From Acanthaster planci (Eukaryota), in NCBI RefSeq assembly GCF_001949145.1, contig NW_019091360.1, positions 3,098,864 through 3,162,863 on the forward strand: a DNA stretch of 64,000 nt, in the 5' to 3' direction. Below the pieces are notes generated by a model. That model did no database searches, was not told the DNA's origin, and was given only the letters and a program-made list of their open reading frames with translations. The stretch's first letter is position 1; each line of letters opens with the position of its first letter. This document shows, in pieces, positions 1-12,400 of the stretch. A program made the position numbers and the translations under genes.

Positions 1-2091
1 ATTGACGATTGTGACAGCATTATTGTTGATTGGCAGTTGACATATCTACAGTGTGGTCCCTGAGTAGAATTGGCTCATTTCCTCAATGACGTCTTTGACA
101 TTTTGCAGCTATATCTGTGGCATTGCAGTACATTGTAGTAGCAGCATTCTATTCCCATCGCGGCTAGCCCTCCCATTCAGCCAAACACCGAACAAATAAC
201 ATGGAGCACCATTTACTTCAAGGTTTTCATTTCAAATTTCAATTTCAGTCTGTGCAACTACTTTCCTTGGTCATGGGTGGTCCCAAATGATGACATGATG
301 TGTGTCGCTGACGCCAGCCTCAATGTCACATGCAGCCATACGTGCACATCAGTACTATCCGAAGCATGAGAAGCGTTACTCTTGAAAAAGTTGTGCAATC
401 GAGTGAAAAACCTGACCCTAAAAAGACTGAGGCTCTTATGAAACCACTCAAAAGAGTGAAGTTTCCTCTCTGCCAAGGAACCATATGCAGGACAACTAAA
501 AAAACCCAGCATATCCTTTATCAGTTTAAACAATGAGGCACCTCTGGTTTCGGCCGGAAGCAGCGGTCGCCTGAATTCCGTAAACGACAAAAGATCAAGA
601 CGTGGACCTAAATGTATATCACTTGCCGCATAGAGCAATATGAGGTACTTTACAGTTGATTTAATACGGATTTTTAAAAACATTTTTAAACATTAAGCGT
701 TAAATCACACATTTTAATTGCTTGTAATTGACACCTGATGAAGTCATAATGACGTCATACTTTGGGATCAGGGTTGATGTTCATACCAATTAAAGGTTCA
801 AGTTCGCGGCCTTGTAGCATGTAGAAAAAATGGTCCGGAAAATTATTGTCTGAAAAAGAGGAGAAGAAAGACGGAATCGAACGATTTCAAAACGGTGAAT
901 CGGTTGAGCCCAAACGCCTACAAAATGACCTGTCCGTGGTATCCTCTTGGTGGCGCACTGTATTGTGAATCTCCACTATTCAAGCCTTACAGCATATATA
1001 CTGGCGACCCACCCCCACACACAGACAACTCGTTTCTTGCTCCTTTCTCGCTTCAGTTTGTGTGAGCATATGCCCATGAAATAAACATGAAAGCTGGCAA
1101 GCAAAACTAAGGCTATATTGATGAAAAAATCACGTATCGTACAGAAAAGGAGAAATAACCAAGGGTATAGGCTATAAAATGTTGTAAAGCTCTTGAGTGC
1201 TTCCAATGTGACGAGGCCCCCAGCGAGTTATGTCAGTCATTTTCACACTGTGGAACAGAATTTCAATGAATATCGCAGTCACATCATTCACAGGGCCTGC
1301 ATTCCTTAATGTATGTTATGATAAGGCCACCGCGATGGTTGTGGAATTCTTTAGGTCACATTTCCTAATCACCACACTTTGGCACAAATTGCCTTGAGCT
1401 GAGATCGTGAAAAGAGCGACGTCAAAAACCAATTTAAAGCCTTTTCAGAGTTGTTCCGAATGACTGCAACCGTCACTCTTTCGACGTTCTGCACGGGTTG
1501 TCACCCTGAATCGTCTTCGTGCTTCAGCGCGACTGTTGAATACCGGTCTGAAACGAGACCAGTGAGTGTCCTTAATAGTCATCTTCTGATAGGCCTCGTC
1601 AACCCACCTTGATGGATGCATATGGGGTGTAAATCGCGGGAGAATCGGCGGTATTTATTCCCACGTTTTGACCGGAGGGGAAAGCTTAAGGGCTCTTGGA
1701 TCACCCCCACTTTTTCGTGGTGAGAAAACAAGGCTAATTTTGAGGTATTTATCGACCTTCCAAAGAAACAAAAAGTATACAGTAGCATTTCAGCAGTACT
1801 GAAAAAGGGAGGGGTGCAAATTTATTGAAGCTTTCTTCAGTCCGCTGTTTGGATTTGGTATCCAGCTCCTCCTCCCCCCCCCCCGCAGCTTTCAGTCGAA
1901 TTTCTACGGCTGGGCAATATCTTCATTTCAACCATCCCAATTCCCCAAGTTCCAATCGCAGAACTGTTGTACAGCAACTGATAGCTACGTCAGTACAAAT
2001 ACAGAAATAGAATTCACAAAGTGGTACAAAAATGACACAGCCATTAAAAAAGACCTCGCTCTTTATGGATCTAATGCCTATTTTAAGGCAA

Positions 2092-2261
2092 CAACGGAAA
2101 AATTATACGTAGCATTTTAATAACGAACTAAAGGTAAAACTTTGCATAAGCTTTCGTAGCAACAACTACTTCATCAGATGCAATGAAGTGAACATCGTCA
2201 GGCAAGGTATCATTTTCCAGTGTTGTATCAGACTAACACAGCTACCAACCACTGTTTTCAG
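2092..2261 (-). mobile_element. 170-bp Penelope-terminal-repeat/retrozyme-like insertion flanked by a 13-bp target-site duplication
   Basis: TATTTTAAGGCAA at 2079-2091 and again at 2262-2274. Contains a hammerhead motif on the minus strand and a CAGACTAACACAGCTACC segment resembling Penelope-like element termini. The 5' end (CAACGGAAAAATTATAC) is an imperfect inverted copy of about 2205-2225. Confidence 0.75.
2142..2183 (-). ncRNA. Minimal type I hammerhead ribozyme motif
   Basis: Minus strand reads TTGCAT-CTGATGA-A-GTAG-TTGTTG-CTAC-GAAA-GC-TT-ATGCAA: 6-bp helix I (TTGCAT/ATGCAA), CUGAUGA core, helix II GTAG/CTAC, GAAA, palindromic AGCT helix III and a predicted CUU cleavage triplet. Confidence 0.8.
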
Positions 2262-3047
2262 TATTTTAAGGCAAAACTGTTAATGCCAACCAATGGTGAC
2301 CTTTCAAACGAACTCTGGCCACACATACGCAAAGGCCAACGGTGCTTTTAAACAAAGGCCATAAGATAAGGTTGGTTTAGTTTAATTCGACAACCAGGAG
2401 TAAGAAGCCATTACTTCGTTGGCACAACGCTCGTGGACAAGTAGTACGCGCGCCTTACATTCTTCTTCGTAAGTGAGAGGTCACTTCAGTTTAAACCACG
2501 TCCTCTGCACATAGAGTTACATGCGTTGATCGCAGTTTACATGGAACCGTGGAACCGGAAGTTTACGAACAACTTCAGCGATCGTCCAATGGGAACATGC
2601 CTTTGTGACGAAGCCACGAACCGGATAGGGTTTCGTGACTTGTCACATTTACGCTCGCGTCAAGCTGGAGAATGTGCTTGAGTGTGGTGCCACCGCGGGT
2701 ATGGCGTCTAATCGGATTAGTCCGTAGGAAAACTTCACGTTCACCAATGTTTTACTTTATTTTCTCTGCCACAGACGTGTTCAGCATGTCGTGTCCTATC
2801 TTCATCTGACATCGTCCCGAACTTGGCACTGAACACCTGTTATTCAAGCTCGTGTGACCGAAGAAGCCTACAGCCAATGTACAATATCGACGTACAACAC
2901 ATGACAGTCTACTGCACAATCGTTAACCAGTTAAGCATGAAATGTCAATGTAGCTTGCTTCATTTATTGGCTGTCAAGGACGTCCATTTGACAAGCAAAA
3001 CTGTGACTGCATATCCACAGCAGTAGGATATAACAATTAATCATCAT

Positions 3048-3286
3048 CAGGGGCGGATCCAGGAATTTTGCCGGGGGTCAGACTTGTCAAATGTCTGGTT
3101 TTACGGTCAGCCGGACACCTAAATAATGCATTACAATATTATATTGATGCAATACCATAAGCAACCTTGTAGGATCTGATTTAATTTCATTTTTCATTTC
3201 ATTTTATTTACTGGTTTTTTTTGGGGGGGGGTGTCAGAGCAGGGAGCTGACCCGGCCACCCCCACCCCAACTCCTGGATCCGCTCT
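3048..3286. mobile_element. Non-autonomous DNA transposon (hAT-type MITE) relic
   Basis: Terminal inverted repeats CAGGGGCGGATCCAGGA ... TCCTGGATCCGCTCT with internal G/C runs. No clear TSD. Confidence 0.55.
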
Positions 3287-6200
3287 AGACCGTGCTCGAG
3301 GACTGGATGGTGTTGATGGGACTTGGACAGCACACAATGTTCTCCCCAATTCGAGACAACGACAGACTTTATTTTTAAGTCATGTAGATGGAGAGAAATT
3401 AAGGATATGAGCCTCGATCTGGACCAAGAGAGGGCGCAATTTTCTGATCAACAGAGGCTCCTTTGGTCGGAACAGAACTTCGGTGGTTCACGAACGACTA
3501 TGAAATGCACACGTTCCTGTCGCATCGCTACCAACAACATGAATACTCCCGACCAACATGGCTTTTTTCAACCGATGAGTGGATGCTTCTTCTCGAGATG
3601 GATATTATGCTGTTCTGTGCAGTTCCAACGGAAAACCCGATAGCGACTCGTATAATAGACCCGATATTTATTTAATATTTTTCGGAGTTGGTGTGATTTT
3701 ATGATTGTTTAAATCTTATTCTGTAGCTGAAATATTTTCCAGATAATAAAATGGTTTCAGTTTGTTATTGTCAGTGCCTCTGTCCCGAGTTGACTCGTGG
3801 ATGATACTCAGATGCACCCATAGGCTAGTGCAAACCTCCTTCCCATGGGTACGATCTGGCAGCGTCACGTTGAATCCCACAATGTCCCAGTTGCGCAATC
3901 GCATTGAAGGAACGCGCATGCAGTATATTTTTCTTTCTTGAGGCATGGCGGACACAAGGAGGGCGCTATTTGAAGAGGGTAAAATTTGGAGTGAACCATG
4001 ACATCTAAGTATCTCTATGGGGTGACCTCAGAATTTTACCCAAACCTAATAGCGCCCTCCCATTTTGCTCGCCTTTCCTCAGATAGGCTAATATGGTTCA
4101 CATTAAAAATCACTGCACTTTCAGGGGCACCCCTAAATCCTGATATTTCAAAATTATTTTTAAAATACAACTCTCACAGATATCCAAGCTGGACAGTAAC
4201 ATGATTGTCGACATGTCCGCTTTCATTTTCCTTTCAATTTTTAGTGGGTTGACCGATGAAATGTTGAGAAATTCTCACCCGAAGCGGACCACCCCTAAAA
4301 TGAAGGAAATTTCACTGCCCGGAAAAGTAGCCATTTTGAAAATGCATCCCTCTGCGAGACGGCTTAAAAGTGCCATTTTGGGACCCGATTGTATCCAAAT
4401 TGCTCAGAATTGGAAGCCCTGAGTCCGGCCCAGAGGTTCAGTGTCATATTTCTCTCAGGACCCTCTAATATAGAATATTTTGAGTGTATAACTTTTATTA
4501 ATGAGCTCGATGGACACATTTCTGGCCTATTTCGTGGGTGCACCCTCCATACTCGAGTGCAAGATGATGAAGTAAGTCCTCTTAAAAATGTGCGCGCTTC
4601 AAGATTCCAAGTGTGGGGCATCGTGGGAGATGTTTGACGGGGGCTTGGCTCCAGCATTTGCCTCCCTCCCCGATGTATACGCCACTGAATTTTTTTTCCC
4701 AGGCTGGCCATGAATCTTTAGAACACCCTCTGTAACTTACAGAGGTTTTCACTCACGTGATTTTTGACGGTCAACGTTCAATACACACAGATTTGCTCAG
4801 AAATGCGCGCACCTTCGAAGTCTCTCAGCATAAAGAGGATTTTACACTGCACTAAATAAAAAAGTCTTTGCTTTCTCCCCTGGCGCTCGAGGTCGAAAGA
4901 GATTTTATTAATACGGGGCTCCTTTCCGACCATGTGCAATTAAATAGGTTTTGTACTTCAAGGTACTATGCACCATTCAGACAACGCTGAATCTCTGAAC
5001 ACGGTGAATTGTGGGTATGCGCCTCAGCCTGGATTAGGTTTGTTTCGCTACTGACGTCGTCGTGGATGGTAGCTTAACGTCTCGCACAATTTGTTTTATA
5101 GCTCACCTAGAACGGAACCCTACTGATTTCTTTTGCCCTCGTGCGCTTCGAACGAACGAAACTTTTGAAGTTTTCGTTTCCCTCTCCAAAAATTCCTCGA
5201 ATCGCAGAAAGTAATACCTATAATGATTTTAAAGGGTTTTCCTAAGATGAAAGTGTGAAAATTGCAGAACCCGAGAGAGTTAAGAGAAAATGAAATATGT
5301 GCCCCAAGTGTATATTTTCAATGGGCCTCTCAAGTTTTTTGCCTTCACATGATATTTATGCGCATATGCACATAAACTAGAATTTATAGGTGAACTGGTC
5401 TATTCTGGCGTACATGGCATTTGAAATATGCAAATTCGAAAATACACGCGCTGCTGCATTAACCTCATTTTGAACCCAAAATGTTGTGCAATAAACGTCA
5501 TTCACTTGCGTAATTCCCTCCCTCAGTTCACATATTTCATCCACAGTCAGAGACAGGAAAATAATATAGGGACGAGAACGAGTCTAACATTACACGAACG
5601 TTTGATTGGGTGGTGCTTCAGACACGAATCTGTTTGGCTCAAAAAGCGGACCAAGTTAATACGCGAGGACCGTTTATTTTTTTCTCCTTAACAGAGAAGG
5701 GTTTAGGGCAGGTATTGTTTAAAACCAATAATTATCTACGTTTCACATTCATGCAGCGGTAAAAATAGTTTCATACAGTGACAGGTGGAATGTTGTACTC
5801 CACTCAGATTCGCCTCGCTGAATAGAATCATTCATGTGTTACCTCATGAAATTATTCTTACTATTGCACTCTTCAACATGCATCCTTTATTTGTAAAATA
5901 TAAAATGGTACATGTGGCGTTCCATAACGAAACCATTGAAGCGTAGATTTTTTTTTTCATCGAGCTAGTCAACGAGTTGTCATTGCCGTGTTTGCCAATC
6001 AAGTGGTTCATGTCAGCATAGGTGCAGGTATTGAAACCTGAAGCTTTTCATCTCTGAATAGGACACTCGATCGGGTGGTCACCGCAAAGGCTTGGTGAAC
6101 GAAGACCTTGAGTCACACAAGCGTACTCCTATCTGTGAGTATTCGGAGGTCGGTCTGTTACAGGTTGGAGAGAACACTATTAAGCAAACGTACACTTCAC

Positions 6201-6333
6201 GCTATGCAGAAATGAGGACAAAATGATTCACTATATCCTTGTCATAGCTTCGAGTCTTTCCCGATAGTTTTCTTCGATTTTGCCCTTGAACTGGTGTCTG
6301 TTTCTGCGATCGGGACCCGTCCAGTTTCCCACG

Positions 6334-6444
6334 ATGAGAGAAAGGCAGCCAGAGAAGATAGAGCTTTTACGGGCCGAGCTATCGCCGTCGGCTACCAGGG
6401 AACGCGCCGCGGACACGGCGCAGGACGACAGCCAGCAACTACCA
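6334..6444 (+). CDS. Aa_trans transporter coding exon 1
   Basis: ATG at 6334, MRERQPEKIELL...SQQLP, donor GTAAGT at 6445. Confidence 0.75.
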
Positions 6445-9400
6445 GTAAGTTTGAGTAATTGCGCTGTTGAAATTATAGGATCGTCTAATGAGAAGACTAT
6501 TGAGGTTGGTTCACAGTAATTTGTCTGGGAAACTGCTCACCAAATTGGATACAAAATGTGAAGGTATACATGTACGTGTGTTTTTTAAAGGATAAATATA
6601 TAACCTGACCCGCGACCGCCATCATGTAAAGGATTCTAGTTAATTTGTTTTGTGCATATGATGAACATCTGTTTTATTTTTCTGAGCTGGTAGTCAGCGT
6701 TTAATGTGTCGGCAACATACGCAGCAATCGGCGGCAAACTGACAAACTGTAGAGGATTAAAGGGGTCATTCCTGGGATTTTTCACGCACAGTGGTGATTA
6801 ACATTCCCTTCCTCTTTTTTGTTATATTTTGGGTTTTTTTGTCTGCTTGTTTTCTGTATTCTTTTTTGGGGGGTGAAGAATCCAACCACGGTTGTAAATA
6901 CCCTCATTCTGACGATATTGACGTTCATATAACTAGGGAGAGTTTTTCATTAATATTGGATTTTTGCCCTGCCCGACGTGTATTTTAACACTGTATGCTT
7001 AGTGTATGCCCCCGAAGGCTTGTGAAAAACCACAAGCGTGGTCGGGTGGGACTCGAACCCAAGACCTCCTGCTTACTTATGAAATTTTAGTGGGAGAAAC
7101 TAGCGTTAAAATACACGGCGGGCAGGACAAAAGTCCAAAATTAATTTAAATCTCCCTGGGGCAAATCCTTCCTTGAAACAGAGAAGTTTTCAGGTGGGCA
7201 CTTGCCAGGAGGATCCCTTATTTTCTGGAGATGAATACGTTAGAATCTGAATCATCTCAATCTGATAAGAGAGCGAAAGGGTAAAACTATGACCAGCGCG
7301 AACGACTTCCAGATGTTCATCGCTTTTCTTATTTCTGAACGATCAAGCTAAGGGCACATTGGGGCGCACAGGACTCAAGTGGGGGCGTGCCCCCCATGCT
7401 TCTTCCCAGGGGCGTAAATCCCATGGGGGTATATATTTTGTCGTGAGCAAAAATGAAAGCTGATTCTGGAGGATTTTTCCGACGTCCAAAGACTAAATAA
7501 AATGCATTCAATATCACTCAAAAAGGGTCAATAATTTTAAAAGCCCGAAAATATGCCATTATGAATACATTGCAGATGTGTATCAATATCATGAACATCG
7601 ACCTCTGTATGGTGTCACCTCCTCCCCCGCTTTTCAAATTTTCATGGCCGGGCAAGTCATCCCCCACCTTTCTCCACCCCCCCACCCCCCATTTCTGGCA
7701 CAAATTTTACTCCACTGTTTCTGTCCCTTAGTTTTGCCACCGGCGAACTGTCACGAACCTTGCTACAGTTTTACTGATTTTAAGAAAAAGGCAAATTGGA
7801 GGTTGAAAGCAATTATGGGGCTTTTGGAATCACACGATTTAGATTGGCATATTTCACAAAATCATTAATTTTACTTGCATTAAAAATACCTTCAAACTGA
7901 CAGGAACTTGTGTTGCTTACCTTCTGGACAAGGCCATTTCAAGGCTCATGTAATTTCACCTTTGCTCTTAAAGTCTGTTTTTCATGGTTTCATCCAGGCG
8001 CATCGAAAGCTGCGAGTTCCAGTCGTTGTGTTCATAATCATAGGCAAGGTGATAGGTGGAGGCCTTGTCTGGTTCCCCAAAGCCTTGAGCAATACTGGTA
8101 AGATGGCGGCAGTTTAATGTCTGTGGTTGTTTTTGTCCGTTCTGTGCATTCACACCCGAATACGGTCGTTTCACAATAGTGCACCACCAAGAGTTTGCAA
8201 CGCGTTGGCCAATCACAATGCCCGAAAGTTGTCGACCCAAAGCGCGTTTAGAACGGTCGACAAATTTCGAGCGTTGTGATTGGCCAACAACACGTATTCT
8301 AGGCATGCGTGCGAAGTTCTGAGCAGGCGCATTACTGTGGAGAAGGCCGGCAAACATTTCAAAATCCCCCGTTTATTATGGCTTAGAAACTGTTGAGGAT
8401 TTGGACAAAGTGCATAGGATCAGGAGTTACATATAATTGACACAGGCAAGTAAAGGGCTTTCAATAACTGAGGCAGGTGGGATAACTGGATCTAGGCCAA
8501 CTACCGGAATAATGTGGGGGGGTGTTTTGTTTGTGGCTTTGCGCCTTGACCTGTGCGATTTTTCCCCAAACCTTTTTTTTTCATGGACACTCCTACCAGC
8601 TTGTCTCTTTCCCGTTACATAAAGAAGAAGAGAATGTGGTGCACTATGCATTGCAGGAAATCTCCTTTTCGGGTGAAAGTGGTGAAATTAATAATTCCTG
8701 GTCAAAGGGTGAACAAAAGTCTATTCATGAACGAGTCGGTGACATCATGTGCAGCCTGCAGCAACCTCACATTTCGTCTGTGATAAAAGCAGCAGATCTT
8801 TGCTGACAAGGCCTACTACGTCTCGATATTCCGGCAGGTTGGGTGGGTTTCCTCGTCATGCTGATCGCCCTGGCAACGTCCACCTGCACCGGGGTGTTTC
8901 TGGCGCGATCCTGGCTGGTCCTCATGAATTGGTTTCCCGCCAAGTATCGGGACGAGATAAACAGATTCCCCTACCCGTCAATTGGCTACGAAACTTTTGG
9001 GGTCGTTGGAAGGTGAGTTTAGTGAAAAGCAGTCTTCTTTGAGGAGGATTTTACTTCTGGGTTAGACTGAACTTTGAGGATTTTTTATTTTTTATTTATT
9101 TATTTTTTTTTTGGTTGGTTTTCGTGAGAATAAATTATTTTTGTGTGTCTGTAGCTAGTGATCAAGCTAAATATGAAGGAAACTTTTCTATAATAACTGC
9201 TTACTGATCGTTGACACGTGTCGTTGAATTATTTATCCAAATACATGTACACGGGGCGGTCGCATTGCAAAAGTAGCGTTCCATTCTGCCAGTAGATGGA
9301 AGTTTAATTGCTCGGACACCTAGAAATTTCTGAAATCCTGGCTCATTCAAGGACACATGTGGCCATGGGTTCTTTCAGGATATGAGGGGATTTATTCAGA

Positions 9401-12400
9401 CGTTGCGCAGATGAAACAGACGAAAGTTTCACATATAATGTGAAGAAATATAATGGAAGAAATAATGGCATTTGGCTTTGCTTTGTCAGATGGAACATTC
9501 CATCTGTCACTTTTCGAAGTTCATTCTGTTCATTGCACTCCTAAAGATTAATCATTTATGTAACAACTGAAAATTGGCCAGAAAAAGCGAGTTTAAGCAT
9601 TTCATATTTTCTTTCTCTACTATTCACAAAAATACATTGCCAATAAAAAAAATCAAACGAAAACTGCCCAAGTTGCACATTTGGGTTGAATATATGTAAT
9701 CTATAATACTTTAAGCTAGCAAGGATTGCCAAGTGATAATTGGTGTCCATATTGTTTTAGTCGTGTCTGTCATCGTGATTTATCCCCAGGCGGGTAACCT
9801 CTATCCTGGTGGGGATGTACGCGTTTGGCTTCACTGTGGCGCTCTATCTGGTAGCCGCGGACAGCCTGTCGCTCTTCTTTCACCTTCTCGATGTACGGCT
9901 CTCGCCATGTGTTTGGATACCCGTCGTTATTGCCGGTGCGGCACCCCTGCTGTGGTTTGGAACTCCAAAGGACATGGTGTAAGTTATGATCCCTTGTGTA
10001 AAGTCGGCGTTGTTTTTCTTTGGCACCTTGTCATCATCTCTGGGTCTTAATTGTCTGTAGACACCAAACATACCCACCCTCTACATGGCTTTCTTTTTTA
10101 TGTTGTCGTCTAATACAGAACTCGACCCAAATTGAGCTGAGATTTCCAAAGTTGTAGACCCAGTTCCCAAAGATGGAAATGGAGCAGTAATTCGGGAAAT
10201 TCCCTAAAAATATGCTGCCATCGTTCATTAATATGTTTCTCTCACCTTATATTCGGTACTTTTTTCCCATCACAGTGGCATTGGTATTGCCATGGGATTA
10301 GCAACGGTCATAAGCGCCCTGGGGCTCGTGGTAGGCTCGCTCTTGGACATCGGGGAGAACCCCGATCTGGACCCCGTCTCGCCCACCTTCTTCTCGATCT
10401 CTGGGGCACTGGGACTCATCCTGGGCGCTTTCGGGGGACAGTTTGTGTTCCCCACGCTCCAGCACGACATGAAGTGTCCGGCGGATATGCAGGTGTCTGG
10501 GATACTGGGCTATCTTTGTGAGTTGTAGAAACGTTTATTGTCTCCTACTTAATTGTTATTTTTCCCTTTTCTGTCTTTGTTTTGTGTTCGTTCATAAGGT
10601 CTTTTTTATTGCTGTTGTTTTTTGTTGTCTTGCTTTTTGTTTGCCTCTCTGTAAAGTTTGTTTCGTCCAGGGCTTTTTAGTACAAGCCTCCCGGCTTCTG
10701 AAAAAAGCCCCCATATTGGTTTCCCCCTTACCTATTTACATCTTGTTTTTGTTACTCTAATAATTTCTTGATTCATATATTTGTACTGTTATTGTTTACT
10801 TTTTCTGATCTTCATCAATATAGAAATAAACGTCATATTGATTGAATTGATTGAAATGTTGGCAAAGCGCTTGATAATCGCTTCCACTTGAGCGACCCTA
10901 TAGTCGTTGTTTTCGCCGTCCAATAGCGGGTCAAGGTTCGTTAAATTTTAGAAACATAATGCAGAAGATGCTGTCCTGTAGTTTGGATCCACCGTTGTCG
11001 GATTCGAGCTGTTTTGCATCGTTTACCCGAGTTCGATCAGCGACTATATTGTTGACAGATCAATTTCGCTTGGTAACTCAGGCATTCAGTTATATCTTGG
11101 TCACTGGGCAGAATCAAACTTGGCTCCAGTCGATGAGGCTGACTGCTGCTTTTTGAGAAAGCGCGAGAAATCCTAGGCTGAAGTATTCGAGGGATCAAGG
11201 GCAATGCCAAGAGTTACTTAAGAATACACGTGTTCAATTTCCATCCCTTCCAAATACGTGTTGAATGAAAGTCCCCAAATTCAGCCCCGCTCCTAATTTT
11301 TTAAATTTCAATTTTGGCCTCCCAAAGAATTTGGTTCCAGATCTCAGATACAGAATTATTGTTGTTTCCATATCAGACGGGAGTGAACATTAAACACAAA
11401 ACCAGTCCGTTTTTCGGTTAACTCGAAAGACTACATGTACATGCAATTTGCCAAAATTATTTTGCAGGAGACATTTCGTCATGTATATAAGTATGCCCTT
11501 AAAAAATGGTCAAAAATCCACCTGAGCTTTTAGGCATATACATGTACAATAATTATCCCCACAGTACATATCACAGCATAGGTTCTGCGTGGTACGGTAG
11601 AGTAAACCATGCATATCGAATTGGCATCGAATTGAAAAGGGTCATTTTAGACGCCTGACATTTCAACTATAAATATACAGACTTCGTCGTGTGCCCGGCA
11701 AACGGTTGGAAGCGCACTTAGGCCCTTTTGCTTCAGGAAGCATGATTACAGTAGAAAAAAATGTTCCCGGCTAAAGGGCATGAGAAACCCACACTATTCA
11801 TTTAATACAAACGTATAAATTTCAAAAACAAGGACAAATTTTCCTTGAAGATAGACATAATTAAAGGACGTTCTACCCTTGCTCACTGAAAATTGTCACT
11901 ATTCATTGACTAGATTTCGCCCGCGTAGGGCTTCGATTTAACCAAATTCTTTTGATATTTTCAATGCAGGTGTGGGTGTGACCTATTTTGCCATCGGCTT
12001 ATCGGCTTTTCTCGTCTACGGGAATCTTTACAACGTCGTCGGGGCGGATAATGTGCTGGCCTTGCTGTCCAACAAGCCCATCAAGATCATCGTCATCTTC
12101 TTGTTGTCGTCACATTTGATGGTTGCTTCCGTCTTCATGAACAACCCCGTCTTTCAGGACCTGGAGGACTTCCTTCATATTCCTTACGGTGAGGATCGAT
12201 CTGGAGGAAAACTGCTACTTTCGATTTTGTTATATTAGTCTTCTTTCATCTTCACATTTTGTGTACTTTTAGTCGCAAAATCATCTTTGCTCCTGCCAAC
12301 CTGTCCTTGACTATAACCAAACGCGTTGGTCAAATTAAGTTTGAAGAACTAACACGAGAAAGTGTTAAATTTATCGCGTTGTGAAGTGGAAAAACTCATT

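Noticed and set aside
1..560. Hydrophobic peptide fragments in plus frames (LTIVTALLLIG, FAAISVALQYIVVAAFYSHRG) faintly like Cys-loop receptor TM segments
   Set aside because: Broken by several stops and frame changes, with no convincing motif or splice structure. A TBLASTX search would be needed.
3290..3675. Overlapping ORFs 3323-3643 and 3463-3675 with coding-like composition, possibly a decayed lectin or viral fragment
   Set aside because: No recognisable family motif in a single frame and no splice support.
7030..7080. tRNA gene
   Set aside because: Only a B-box/T-arm fragment. There is no A-box, D-arm or acceptor stem.
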